In this document: positions 22,279 to 35,534 of the stretch, one piece after another
Position numbering within the stretch: position 1 is the first letter of the stretch
How the letters are laid out: every line of letters begins with the position of its first letter
NCBI GenBank assembly: GCA_964276515.1
Contig: OZ193909.1
Location: 15,500,001 to 15,564,000 of the forward strand
DNA from: Gordius albopunctatus
Taxonomy: Eukaryota
DNA length: 64,000 nt
Direction of reading: 5' to 3'
Notes under the pieces: model-generated
Seen by the model: the letters and a program-made list of their open reading frames with translations, nothing else
Database searches by the model: none
What the model was told of the DNA's origin: nothing
Position numbers and translations under genes: made by a program

Positions 22279-22776
22279 TTATATTTTATTAAATATTTTT
22301 TTGTATAACCTATAAAAAGAAACTTGGAATGATAAAAACAGAAGTTCAATATGTCTCATATACCAAGTACTATATATATATATATATATTTAAAAATCAT
22401 TACTAATCATACTTATTGTATATTTTATGCTTTTGTAAATTATTATTCAATATTTGTTTGTAAAATATGCCCATATCTTTGTAATCATGATCGTTTTCTT
22501 TTAAACTTTGCAAAAAAACATCCCGATTCTATTAAAAAAAGGTTAGATATATAAATATTACAAAACCTTGATAAAATCTAGGTTATGATGGTACCAAAAC
22601 CTATGATTCCACCTATAAAGTTTTATCTTTTTTAATCGAAATAATCTTTCTAAGCGACTTTCTTTAGGAGGTACAACAAACTTAAGCTGTCGTAAATTTG
22701 TTATTGGATGAGGAGGCCCAATAAAATCACAAAAGGTTTTGCAGTTAACTTTAGGGACTAATTTTGTTGCTAACAT
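22279..22776 (-). CDS. COA8: Cytochrome c oxidase assembly factor 8 (APOPT1 family), 3 predicted exons
   Basis: Exons 22776-22567, 22528-22413, 22369-22279 with GT-AG introns of 38 and 43 nt. Spliced product DFIGPPHPITNLR...RWNHRFWYHHNLDFIK-NRD...MGIFYKQILNNNLQKHKIYNN-TWYMRH matches the APOPT1/COA8 pattern. An additional upstream exon is possible. Confidence 0.85.
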
Positions 22777-24240
22777 ATCTTTCTGAAATCACATGCCACC
22801 CTATTACTTGGTACAATTCGATACATTTAAATAATGTCGTAATGATTTGTATTAAAGATAAAGACTAACCAGGAAAAAATGTAATTAAAATTAAAGTTAA
22901 CAAAATATATATAACAAATAATATGACCTCTTTGCATAAGTTTCGTAAAGGATGTAAGGGAGAAAACAGATTGCGATTATTGACATTTCATTCAAGTCTC
23001 GTCAACAATATATTTCGTTCAAAAGATTCATTTTACTAAATAGATTTTATCTCTTTTTTATTTAGGTTATAACAAAAATTAATTAGATACCCAAAAAACC
23101 TTATTTTTACTTTAAAAACCTTTAAAAACCATACTAAATGTGAACAGTGTAATAATATAGTACATTACTTTACTCGATAGTATAGAGATAGTTACTATTT
23201 AATTAATATAATTATAAATAATAAAAGGCAATTTTTTTTACAATTTTTAAGGTTATTGCGTCTTATTGTCTTAATGAAATGGGGGGGGGTTTAAAAATTA
23301 AAACAAAAATTACTATAAAACAAAAATTTATCAAGATTATATATATGGGCGAAACTTTTTAAAGTTCAATTAGGAAGGGGGGGGGTGGCAAAACATAAAA
23401 TTCTTAATTTTTAAGGTTTTTTGCATTGAAATTTTTTTCGTCATTTAGGGGGGGGGGGGCGTACGCCAGTGACCTAGGAAGTAATGTCTAACGGGGGGGG
23501 GGTTAATTTTGTGTCAAAAAAATCAATGAATCAAAAATACATTCAATATCCATGATGGGCTTTTAGAAAAAAAATCGAATAATATCTTCATTAATTTATT
23601 CCTACGCATTAATCAAATCATTTAAAGTTTGCAAGCCACTTCCACTCAATTTGCAATGAGCGCCTTTTATTTTTATGAATATACCAACTAGGTCAATTTT
23701 TTGCACTAGATAGATGCACAAATGTATTTCTTTGTATAAAATGGGTGGCTTTGTATTGACTCGATTTTATGCATAATACACAATATGGATTGAATATACA
23801 ATTTATAATATGCACAGATTTTTTAGCTTATTTGGCAGACCACTTTGAAGAATTAACCCTGGCTCGGCCCAAGCCCCTTAAGATTAAATTATGGACCCAA
23901 GCCGAGAATTCTAATTTACTTTTGGAAAGTACGGGCCAAACCCCATGTTTTCTCAGAAAAGCTCTTTTATTTTGTTGCTTTTTAAATGCTAAATTTGTCA
24001 ATATTAATACAATCATTGATTATATGTTGAAAATGTCCTAAAAAATTATCAGATTCAGACAGGTTTTTATTTCTTCCAACCAGGAACCCGACGTTAAAAT
24101 TATAACAAAAATATCTAGTTTTCAAGAGTTTTATTAAATTTTATAAAGTCGGGATTCGCTCATTTTAAAATCACAACATCTATAAATAAATCAGAGGAAA
24201 AGTTAATAAAATCATTATTATAATAATTTCAAATTCATAT

Positions 24241-24282
24241 ACGACGGTCCCAAGTCCGTGTGAAAAAAGTGGAGGGTTGGCG
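24241..24282 (+). ncRNA. Partial twister-ribozyme core at the second RTE 5' end
   Basis: ACGACGG-TCCCAAGT-CCGT-GTGAAAAAA-GTG-GA-GGG-TTGGCG; the 5' P2 strand is missing. Confidence 0.55.
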
Positions 24283-25625
24283 ACAGGTCGGAAACCGGCT
24301 ATAAAAATCAACTCCAAAATTATGATAATTTCAAGCAAGATTTTACAAGAAAAGGCTAAGGCGTCCTCCACAAACGACGCGCACTGCATAACCCGCCCGT
24401 GCAATGCAAAAAATACACTAGGGTTACTGCCTAACTCACAACGAAGGCGGTTAAGGAAACTAGTTGTGGAAAGAATGCGAATTACGTGCTGGAATGTGGG
24501 AACGTTGACGGGGAAGAGCATCGAGGTCGCACAGATGCTGAAAAGAAGAAAGGTACACATCGCCTGCCTACAAGAGACGAAGTGGAACGGAAAGAAAGCT
24601 CGGGAATCAGGAGAAGGATACAAGCTTTTCTACAATGGGTCACCAATTCGTAGAAACGGGGTCGGTATCGTTCTAAGCGAATCTTATAAGGACAAAGTGT
24701 AAGAAGTCAAGCGTTGTTCCGACAAGCTAATGTGGGTGAAGATCGCAGATCAAGGGGGCTTCCTAATCGCCCGAAACTAGATGTTTGGAATCAGAAAAAG
24801 ACACTTCTTCGATTTATTGGAAAAGGAAATACAAGGAATAGGACAGGAAGAAAGGCTAATTATTGGGGCAGATTTCAACGTTCACGTTGGGAAAGATCGC
24901 CTCGGGTATAACGCAATGATGGAGGCTATGAGCATGGTTTTAAGAACAAAGAAGGGGAATGACTTCTTCAAGTATCCCAAGCATATGACATGGCGATCGT
25001 TAATACCTATTTTCAAAAGCGCGAGAATCATATTGTGACCTATAGAAGTGGGAAGTATTTCAGTGAAATCGACTATTTGCTTATACGGCGAAATGACTTA
25101 GGTTGCGCAACGGAAGTCAATGCCCGGATCCAAAAAGGATGGCATAAATGGCGAAGTATATCCGGTGTAATGTGCGACAAGAAAATGCCAATATGGTTGA
25201 ATAGCAAAGGTTACAAATCCATCGTAAGACCGGTGTTACTCTATGGAAGGGAAACATCGACATTAAACACCACGGAAGGAAAGCTATTACTCTACAAGCC
25301 ACGGAGATGAGAATGATACGGTGAAGCTTGGGGTATACTAAGCTCGACCATACGACAAATGACTTTCTCATGACAAAAATGGGTATTCAACCTATGGCGG
25401 ACATGATTAACGAAAATCGGCTAAGGTGGTATGGGCATATACTAAGAAGAGACACGGATGACGTAAATCGAAAAGTAATGGACATGGAGGTACCGTGGAA
25501 GGGCAAGTCGATAAAGTTATGGAAACTAAAGAGATTATTCAAGGCATGGCACTCACCCGGTCAAGATGGAAGAAACTTATCAAAACAAACCCCACCAATG
25601 GGAGAAGAAGAGGAAGATAAAATTT
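24241..25625 (+). mobile_element. Internally deleted RTE-clade LINE, same family as 11815-17098
   Basis: Shared 5' end; APE motifs (CWNVGTL, ACLQETKW, GADFNVHVG, EIDYLL) fused near 25098 directly to the post-RT region (EVNARIQKGW); RLRWYGHILRR; GAA-rich tail. Confidence 0.85.
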
Positions 25626-25987
25626 GATAAACGTCTTAAATAACACACCATATAAATTACAAAAATAAAACCATTATTTAAATAATTTTTTGGTCCAGAC
25701 CAGAGCCTACTTATAGCTAGTTCAGACCTGATCCTTTACATAAACCCCATCCATGCCCAGCGCATTCTCAGGCCATCCGCAGGCTAAAATTTTGCAACAA
25801 TAACATTGCCGGTGTCAACTATATCTGCTTTGAAAAAATTGGCTTAGTCATGATCATTTAAAAATAAGGTTTAAAAATCAATTTACTAAACCATGAGGAG
25901 TATTAATATTCAATTTCTAAAGAAACAAAATTCTAAAGCAAATTTGAATAGGCATGCTCTCTCTAACACTTAGAAAAATAAATTAAT

Positions 25988-26325
25988 CTTTATTAAATGG
26001 TATACAAAAAATTAGATTCGCGACTAAAGAAAATATAAAAATGCGCTATAAATAAACGGATGTCATTGATCCGTGTTTGGAAATCGTGTTGGATTTCACG
26101 ATTTCCATTGTGATCTTTTGCTTGATAAAAAAGTACTCTTTCAAATCTAATGAGACGTTGGAGATGGCTTTTCCTATTTGTTTCAGGAGAGCGACAGCTT
26201 CGGCGCCTAAATTTCCAATTGTGGTTGCCACTATGGGAATAAATATTGTATCCACGAGGGACGAATATTTGGTTGTCTTTCTATTCTCTGCATTGACTAT
26301 AAGGTCGGGAAAGGAGTTGGTTCAT
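25988..26325 (-). mobile_element. Short CRE-like RLE retrotransposon 3' fragment
   Basis: FIPIVATTIGNLGAEAVALLKQIG...FFIKQKITMEIVKSN is homologous to the C-termini at 8014-8301 and 18737-18850; AATAAA on the minus strand near 25990. Confidence 0.65.
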
Positions 26326-26774
26326 TAACACGATTACTAATTTTGGCTTGCATTAGTATTCTCCTCCTTTATTTTAGAAATGGGGGTGTGTTCTTAGGGG
26401 AAATCTTTTCATTTTTAAGCACGCACTCGAACCGGAAAATATCTGTGTAATTGGAATAAAATAAGTAGATTTTAATCTAAAATTGAATTTAAAATTAATT
26501 ATGATAATAAATTGTTTTTATGATTCCTATTAATATCATTAAGTTTTTTCATATAATTCGGGTAAAGATTTTTTCAAGGCGTCCCCCCCTTGCGTACGTG
26601 ACTGTAACTAATTATTAATAAAATTTAAAGGGTATTCTTCAAGATCACTTCCTCCGACACGGGTTTTGACCGTTAGCAAGCACGTGAGGCAGGATCTTCT
26701 AGAAGTCTTCGACAGACAACAAACGTTTTCTTCGTGGTATCCACAACAGTAATAAGATCATTGTGTCTAATTCA

Positions 26775-28281
26775 CAAGCGCGTAGGGAAGGGGGGGGGGG
26801 GGTTTTCGGGTTTGAACCCCCTCCTGTTCCTGGATATTATTTTTTTTCAAAACACAACACAAAATTATTGATAATCATAATTATAATTAATTTAGCTAGT
26901 GCCAAGTGCTGCGTTTATATTTATATATATATGTTAAAAAATTAAGTCGACAAGTTAATAAATTTTGAATTTCGGAATTTGTATTTTTGATTAAAAGCTT
27001 CCAAACTGATCTTATTTGTAAATTTAAGTTTGAAGCGATATTCGGACCCAGTAATGATAAAAGAAGTCTTTCTGCAGTATATCAAGATAGATGATATGTC
27101 TGGAAAAGGTATGTTTGACATAGTGATGCAAACTTTAGAACGTTAAAAATTGACATGACAAAGCTTCGGGACAAGGTTATGATGGAGCCCCAGCCATGAG
27201 TGGTTCTAAAAATGGTTTGCAAAGTCATATAAAAAGCCTATATCCAAAAGCCATTTACATTCACTGTGCATCCCATAATCTAAATCTGGCCATTAAAGAT
27301 TCCTGTAAAATTCCTAACATTAGGAATTGTATGGGTAAGATTCATTTTTTAAATCTATTATGTTATATTTTTTTAAAAGGTGTTGTCAAAAAAATAACTG
27401 ATTTTATATCAACCCCCAAAACATTTAATCTTTTCACTTCTAAAGTATTGTCGTTGCCGGATAACCCTAAATTCACAAAATTAATATCACTGTGTGAAAC
27501 TAGATGGACACAAAAGCACAATTCTGTTGAAAGATTCTGTGAAGCGAAGGAAGCAATATTTGCTACCTTGGAGGAGATGTGTGAATTGGACGATGATTCT
27601 TCATCGTCCAATGCGGCGATTTTGCTTTCATCATTAAGGACATCCAACTTTTGGCTGGTCCCCTGTCATGCTCTCAACAGAGATATTAAATAACTTTCTT
27701 CAATTGGCAAATTTTTATGAAGAAGATCTTGACGGCTCTCAAGAACAGTTCAAATCGGATATGAAATTGTGGTATCAGTCGTTCAAGGACTGTGAATTAG
27801 AGAATTTGCCTACCAATGCATTGGAAACATTAACCAATCATGCGTCCAAATTAAAATTACATCCAAATATAAAAACATTATACCATATTTTAGCCACACT
27901 CCCCGTTACAACATGCTCTAATGAGAGATGTTTTTCAGCTTTAAAAAGACTAAAAACTTACCTCAGGAACACAATGGGACAAGAAAGGTAAATTAAATGG
28001 TTTTACTGATTTTTAATTTAGGCTTACTGGATTAACCTTGTTAAATGTACATAGACAATATACCTCCAAAACAGAAGATATTATTAATGCATTTTTATCT
28101 AAAAAACGTCCATATTAATTGTTTATAGTTTTTAAATATTTTGTTATATTATAATTTACTTTTGTTGTATTTTTACTTTACTTTCAATAATATATGTAGA
28201 AAATAAAATTACTTCCAAAAAAATATGGTTTCAAAAATTTTAAACCCCCCCCCCCTCTAGCAAATCCTGGCTACGCCCTTG
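26775..28281 (+). mobile_element. Deleted hAT (Tip100/ZMYM1-like) transposon
   Basis: Termini CAAGCGCGTAG / CTACGCCCTTG; flanking direct repeat TAATTCA; transposase motifs GQGYDGAPAMSG, YIHCASHNLNL, LCETRW, LPVTTCSNERCFSALKRLKTYLRNTMGQER; small introns. Confidence 0.85.
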
Positions 28282-28417
28282 TAATTCATAAGCAACATAT
28301 ATTTAACTTAATTATAAATTTAAGTTAGCTGGGATCCTTTATTAACACTGGCTATAACTCATAGTAATGCCTTTAATTGTATATCATTTTGAAGATTACG
28401 ACTAATGTATTTCAACT

Positions 28418-28722
28418 ATGACGTTTTGCGCTGTTTCATTTTGTTCCATCAGAAGAACTCGGGATAAACAATTTTCTTTCCATAAGTAAGTACTATTTGT
28501 TAATATATATAATATTTTTTTACAATTTTAGGTATCCAATTAAAAATCCCCAGATTCTCAAAACATGGATTCTTAAGATAAAAAGGGAATTCCTACCAAT
28601 AATGTATTCTAGCTAGAGTATGCTCTTATCATTTTACCAGGGATATGATCTATCCAAATTCAAAAAACTATCATCAATTGAGAGAAAATGTGATTCCAAC
28701 AATTTTTGATTTTCCAGCACAG
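28418..28722 (+). pseudogene. THAP zinc-finger domain (P-element/THAP9-type transposase N-terminus), frameshifted
   Basis: MTFCAVSFC...FSFHK|YP...W...RVCSYHF...VIPTIFD (C2CH plus AVPTIF-like box), with a ~45-nt intron. Confidence 0.7.
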
Positions 28723-29379
28723 AGCCTATAAACTTTCATTATTAAGATTATTATTTACAAAATTAAATTTTATATTATTTATTCTTATTTTAATATTTTC
28801 CAAATAACAAATTTACTATAGGAAAAAATTGAAAGAAGAAAAACTTTTAATTCTAAGGACACTCCTTTAAAGGATATTTCTAATTAGAGACTAGATAGAC
28901 TGCTTAACAACGCACAAAATGTGTACCCATTTTTCCGCCATTTTGATGTTAAGAAGGTAAAGTAGTGATTATATAGATATTAGTTATTTTTGTAAATTAA
29001 ATAATCTTAAAAAGGTAAATAACAAAATATTAAATTGGGTAGATATCAAAACAGCATTCTAAAATAAATATCTTGTCTGTTTAATAAATATAGTGCCATC
29101 TATATTATGTAATATTAATTTATTGACGCTCGTTCAAATTTATTATAAACTAATGAGAAAGAAATAAAATATTTTTATTCAATTTATTTCTTATATTAAT
29201 TCTTAATATGATTCATATTACGGGAATGATTATAAAAAAGAATTTTAAGATTTTTCAAAACTATCAAATTAATGAAAATATTTTAGAACCGATTAGATGA
29301 GAAAATCTTTTAAATATTATTAAATTCATTAAAGATAGAGTACGTAGTTTTACATAATAACACTAATTCTTTAGAGGCA

Positions 29380-30235
29380 TATATTAAGCCAACATTATTT
29401 TTTATATTAATTAAATGATAATTCTTATTTAAACAATAAGTAGGAATAGATGATAAAAAAGAAATGCATTCAATACAAATCAATTTACCTTTCTTAATTA
29501 GCTTTCTTACAATAAAACCAGCGACATAATCAATTGTGTTGTCACATAAATTTGGTAATGGGCATTTTTTTGTTATAAGTGTTAATTAAAGTTCCATCCT
29601 GAAACTTTAATAATTCCAGGCACTTTATCATCTCCTTGTAGAAGCTTTTCGGGTGATATAATGACTTCTTGAAGATAGGGGCCTTCCATTCTTTTGCTAA
29701 AACATTTCTACCGTTTAAGTTATTAAATAGGCTATGGTTACCTAGGCAATTTGAATAAAGCAACTGAACATCGGTTACCTAGGAAAAAACTTAACCTTTA
29801 TTATTCGAGCATTCACAACCCTCACTATTCATAAATCTTAACCTTATTATTTGACCACTCATTATAATTTAAATCTCTCGTTATTATTCACACAAGTAAA
29901 CTTACTAGATGTATATAAACACAATATGTTACATAAAAGAATCCATTCTCTTGAATCATTTGGGTTATATTAAAAGTAGAAACTTTTTTCTCTACAAGCC
30001 TGAACTCATAAAATAATTACATCACAATGAGGATTATTAATATAGAAGGAAACAAATAGAAGCATAGACTTTATAGACTGCTCAGCTCATGTCATATGTT
30101 TCATATTGTAAATTCTGAGCCAATATTTCCTTCATTTTGATGATAACAACTGGTATATAGCATACAATGTGTTTTACGCTGTGCCTTTTTGTTTTAACCA
30201 TATTTTCCAGCACATATAAGCCTAATCATCTAATA
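29380..30235 (-). pseudogene. P-element/THAP9-like transposase fragments
   Basis: LFNNLNGRNVLAKEWKAPI...LKFQDGTLI (ORF 29542-29763) and DYVAGFIVRKLIKK resemble THAP9/P transposase core and C-terminal motifs; heavily decayed. Confidence 0.55.
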
Positions 30236-30732
30236 AACCATTATTTATTGTTTTTATTAAGATTATTATTTACAGCACTAAATATTTTATTATTTATTCT
30301 TATTAAGACATTTAATTTCAAGTAACCTATTAACTATTGATATTATATTTATGTTATGTAATAAATAAATTTCAGAAAGAGTTAGTTAAAAAATTTATAT
30401 TTCTAAGTTTTTTGAAAATCTAATTTTGGCATTTATATAGCTATTTCTATAGATGAATTGGTTGAGAAAGGTGTAGTGTAAAGATTTATATGATATTTCT
30501 TTTTTATCATCTATTCCTAATCTTTAAATAATAATTATCATTCAATTAATATAAAAATTATTTTGACATAAAGTACCCCTCTAAAAATTTATTTTTATTA
30601 TATAAAATTACATACTCTATCTTTAATAACTTTTAAAAAAATTATTAAATAAAAAAATAAAATTAATTTATATTTAATAAAATATTTTCTCATCTAATCG
30701 GCTCTAATATTTTAATACATTAAACATCAGAA

Positions 30733-31138
30733 ACAACTCTCAGATTCATGACTTATCATTTGTGAATTTATTCAACGGGAATTAGAAAATGATGGTAAAG
30801 TGGGATAATTAGCAAGGAGGCTATGTAGGACAGCTAAAGGAGAGATGATGGGGAGAAAACCTAGACGATCTATGTAATGATCGAAGGAGGAAAAAAAGGT
30901 AATCACATAAAATAAAGACTGAAGACCATAGACACTTTACAACTCTCAGATTCATGTTTGTGAATTTATTCAACAGGAATTAGAAAATGATGGTAAAGTG
31001 GGATAATTAGCAAGGAGGCCATGTAGGACAGCTAAAGGAGAGATGATGGGAAGACAACTTAGACCATCTATGTAATGATCGAAGGAGGAAAAAAAGGTAA
31101 TCACATAAAATAAAGACTGAAGACCATAGACACTTTAC
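30733..31138. repeat. Tandem duplication of a ~200-bp unit
   Basis: ACAACTCTCAGATTCATG...GACCATAGACACTTT occurs at 30733-30938 and 30939-31138 with few differences. Confidence 0.9.
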
Positions 31139-31670
31139 TATCGATTATTCACTTACACAAAAATTTACAGTTTTCTCGGAATATAGTCGCGGACTTTGCA
31201 TTGGATATACATTGGAATTTAATTATATTTTTATCGGTATAATGTTAATATTGGAATTTGTTTATATTTCTATCACGTATAATATACTATCATAAAATCT
31301 CCCTTAAGGTACACTTACGTTATTACACATAACACCACCTTATAATAACTATCGCCCCGCACCAATTTACTTTTGCACCCACTACTTGACCACTAATCAA
31401 TTCACTGGACCTTTGGGTTGACTAAAATCAATAAAATTTAGGTTGATACAAGACTAATTAATACCAATAAATCTCAATTTATGTTTTGTAGCAATTAAGG
31501 AATGTATATGTTAATGTTTAAAATATATTTTTATTACGATATTTACAAACTTCCAGAATATATCAAATTTTAAATAAACCAACAGTCGCAGCACAAGCAT
31601 ACAAAGGGACATTATATAAATAAAGTTTGATTACAAAGCATACACTAACAATTCAACGATTTGCATAACA

Positions 31671-34600
31671 TTATATATTAATAGAAATTTTGCAGGAAAT
31701 TTTTGTAGCAGAAGAAGACCCAGCGGTGGTAGGGCGATGCTTTTTAGATGAGGTTTTGATGGCATTTAACAAGGCTTTCGAATTTTTGGACAATTTTGTT
31801 TTGGGTTTGGTTGTTGGTAATATATCGCGACTCTGTATACTTTTTCGTTTATCCCTTTGATTTTCCGTGCAATCTTGAAATGAAAAAAGCACACGATTGC
31901 GACATTACATACAAAAATGTTGGATAATAAATTTAATTTAAAAGATGCGAATTGGTGATGTATTTTTAAAATAAAACATCTAACTCAAAACTAATACGTG
32001 GATTAAATTAAAAACACACCTCTATATATCGAGGTATAAATAAGAGTGTTAATTCTATATTTCTTGGAAAAACTTTCAACCCTTATTCCGTTCGACTTTT
32101 AATTGCTATATTTTTGAATTTCAATGATTTATTTCCGCACTGGGCAATAAATAATGGACTTATAGAATGGCCGGCAAACTGTTTGCAAATTTTTGTAGAG
32201 TTTTTTACGGTGAACACGAATATATTTTAAATTTTCCCGTATACGTAATTTTTTGAAATATATGCTGTCAAAGTTGCTAAAAACAGCAATTTTACCGTTT
32301 TTTAAACGTCAATAACTTGCAAATTAGGCGGTAAAAATGTTGTCTAATAGATTTAATACGTAGAGATAGAGGAGAGGAATGTATTTACAATTTTTTTATC
32401 GTATCACCTTTACTTTTTAAATTATATACAAAATTAATTATCCCTACTATCTTTTACATTGACAAATTACACCAGACTTGAGGGCGCCCTCCCTTCTCTT
32501 CAACACTAGGAATTAAGTGCGTGTTGTTGTTTTGGTAATAGTAGTAGTAGAGTAGATAATTAATTTTGTATATAATTTAAAAAGTAAATGTGCTAGGATA
32601 AAAAAATTGTAAATACATTCCTCTCCCATATATCTACGAATTAAATCTATTAAGCAAAATTTTTACCGACTAATTTGCAAGTTATTGACGTTCGAAAAAG
32701 GCTAAAATCGCGTTTTTGTCAATTTTGACAGCGAATATATAAAAAACTTGACGTATAGGGAAAAAACTAAAAACATATTTGTGTTCATCGTGAAAAACTC
32801 TACCAGAATCTGCAAACAGTTTGCCGGTTGATTTTTCTTGTTGAACAGTGTAATTTTTAAATCCAAAATTAATTAAGTATTTTTCTACATTAAACAGAAA
32901 ATCAGTATAAAATTTTAAAATCCAATCAAACTTTTATCAATGGCTCTATGCCTGCACATTAATTCAATATATTTTAACATTTATCTTCATAATGAATTGG
33001 AAGTAAAATAAATTCTCTTTTTAAAATTTTTTTAATGTAATTACCTCATCCAGCCCCTGGCTTTTAAATACATCATCCAAAAAGTTTAATTCGTTTAAAT
33101 AACAATTTACAATAAAATTTTAGAGAAAGTGTAGCCTACCCTTTCTAGAATTTTGCAGTATCATTTTTGCTAGATAGTCGTCTTTCTTCAGCTTATCAAC
33201 TATAGGTATACTAAGGGCAAATTTATCTTTCAGCCCCTCCTTTTCCTTGGTTTTTGCTATATCTTCTTTTTTAGCTTTCTAAATTTCATACATTTTATTG
33301 CATACATATAGCCTAGGCAATAACCGAAAAGAATTTATTTCTTGAAATATTAATAATAATAGTATTCCAAAATATCTAAAAGTTTTTAGTATCAAAATGT
33401 AAATTATTGGCCAGCGTTACCCCGCGTTAGTGATGAGTGATGACGCGCGAAAGCGAAAAAAAGCCAAGTGAATTTTTGTGCTAATTTATCTGACTTTTCA
33501 TTATTTTTCTTAATATCTTCATATTCGTCGTGAATTTTATCATATACACATCACGAAAATAACAATTGTAAATAGGAGACGGTGTTCATAGTGAAACCGC
33601 AGACCATCATTTTCGCCCGCGGCAAAAAGCGAACGAAAATAAGGTACAAATCATTTTTCACTTTTCACGCATTTTTTATATAATTGTTGTATATGTTTAT
33701 AGAATAATTACGATCTTGTCAATGAATACCATTGATATATGATAAATTTCACGGCGAATATAAAGATATTAATAAAAATATAGATAGTTTGATAAATTAG
33801 ACCAAAAAATCACTTCGCTTTTTTTCGCTTTCGCGCGTCATCACGAACGCGGGGTTATAAAGTCATTTTTCATCCAGTTTAAATAAAAGCAAAAAAATCT
33901 CCAATTTTTTACATTAAACAAAAAATCGCTGGATCCAGGGTTCTGTATAGGCTCATTAATTATAAATATTTTTAGCGTGTATTTTAGTGATTATTTTAAA
34001 CGCGTATTAAAAAGTGTAAATTAAACGAAGGATAAATGTGCATTTAAAAAAACAAATTCGCTTTTAATCGATAAACTTAAATAGTAGAAAAGGGGTAAAA
34101 ATACAATATAAGAAACTATTTTAAAAATTCATATGTAAAGTATTTATCTTAAATACGCTAATTTACCAATAAATTTTAAAAATAAGAATATATTAAACCC
34201 GAAGTGTATCACGCATTTTTTTGTTTTGTGCAAAGTCGTCTTCCCAAAAACTCGATTGAATTTCGATCAACCTTTCCATGTTAGGTTTAAAAGCCATCTT
34301 TTTGCCTTCATCTTCAATTACTCTCTCCAATTTATACATGGAATCTTGCTCCATACGTGCATGCTCTTTTTTTTCTAATAAATTTTTAGGAATAGGCAAA
34401 TATTGTCAATTTTGTAATTTTAAAAAAAAATAATTTCTGAATATTTAGCATAAATTAGATACAAAATCAAATTTGTCATAGCTTTTTAAATATTAGATGA
34501 CGTATAAAGGAGAAATTTCATTATGATTAAGTATAGTCATTGCGAGAGTATAATATTTTTTATTTATACAATCTCGTGGGCATAGCCAGGATTCTTATCA

Positions 34601-35534
34601 TAAAAGAGGAACAAAAGTTTATCAGTATTTTAAAAAGAATTAAAAATTGTTTTTAGAGGTTTAAATTTAATTATAGTACAATAAAAATGTTAAATTTAAG
34701 GGGGCATTGTCCCTCCCTAATTCCTACATGTTATGCATGTAAAAGTTCAAAAAATTTATGATATTTTAAAATCTCAAAATATAATATTAACCTTCAGCTT
34801 GAATTTGTTCATTGGCCAAGGCATCCCATCTTTTTTCTTGTCTTCGGGCACCACTCAATATTATGTAGTCAAGATTCTATATGCAACAAATACAAAATTA
34901 AGTTAGGCTCAAATTGATATAATTATGTTTATAATTTTTAATTTACTTGAGGGTCAGTTTGCATAATAATGCGATTGGGACACAGATGACACTTCATGTT
35001 AAATTTGTAGATTGGTGTAGAATAATATGCTCCAACCCTGGTTTTTTCAGAATTATACCTAACACCCATTCCTATATGATTTCCACATCCCTCACACCAT
35101 ATATTATAAGGCATTTCAAACCTTAAAAATTTATAAAAAAAAAATATATATATAATAGATAAGTATAGCTGTAGAATGAAAATCTAGATTAGGTGATGAG
35201 AATATTAGCTAAATTTGTTGCTTTTATAAGAAGTCATTAAAATATATTCATTTACAAATTTTAATCACTCTTATATAAAATTGAAATATGCTCAGCAACT
35301 TATTTACATAGTTAATTATGGGTGTAATGCATAAAATTGTATAGAGATCATATACCTAATGATAAGAATGCCTTGATCCAACTTCCTAGCCCTTTCTCGC
35401 AAAGCATGGGTTCCATGATATTGATTCAAGCTATGGTGCTTACTTGGATCAAAATCGGGAGGATAATATTTATTGACTTGTTTTCTTTCAGCCTTAAAAT
35501 ATGTTATTCAGAGAAAAAATTAATTTCTTACCAT
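31671..35534 (-). CDS. YJU2B: Splicing factor YJU2B / CCDC130
   Basis: Predicted exons: ATG 35534-35532; 35492-35356 (AERKQVNKYYPPDFDPSKH...ILIIR); ~35121-34947 (FEMPYNIWCEGCGNHIGMGVRYN...KCHLC...TDPQ); ~34877-34792; ~34390-34199; ~33279-33140; ~31873-31671. Matches the CCDC130 pattern closely. Confidence 0.9.
32138..32850. mobile_element. Foldback MITE in a YJU2B intron
   Basis: Long imperfect inverted arms ~32171-32449 / ~32551-32826 (CCGGCAAACTGTTTGCA.../...TGCAAACAGTTTGCCGG); CACTG...CAGTG ends. Confidence 0.7.
33420..33854. mobile_element. Foldback MITE, piggyBac-like ends
   Basis: CCCCGCG...TGATGACGCGCGAAAGCGAAAAAAAGC / GCTTTTTTTCGCTTTCGCGCGTCATCA...CGCGGGG inverted arms. Confidence 0.65.

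Noticed and set aside
33045..33056. 12-nt microexon candidate (AG|GGGCTGGATGAG|GT) in YJU2B
   Set aside because: It introduces a TGA in the phase-1 context, and the flanking exons join in frame without it.
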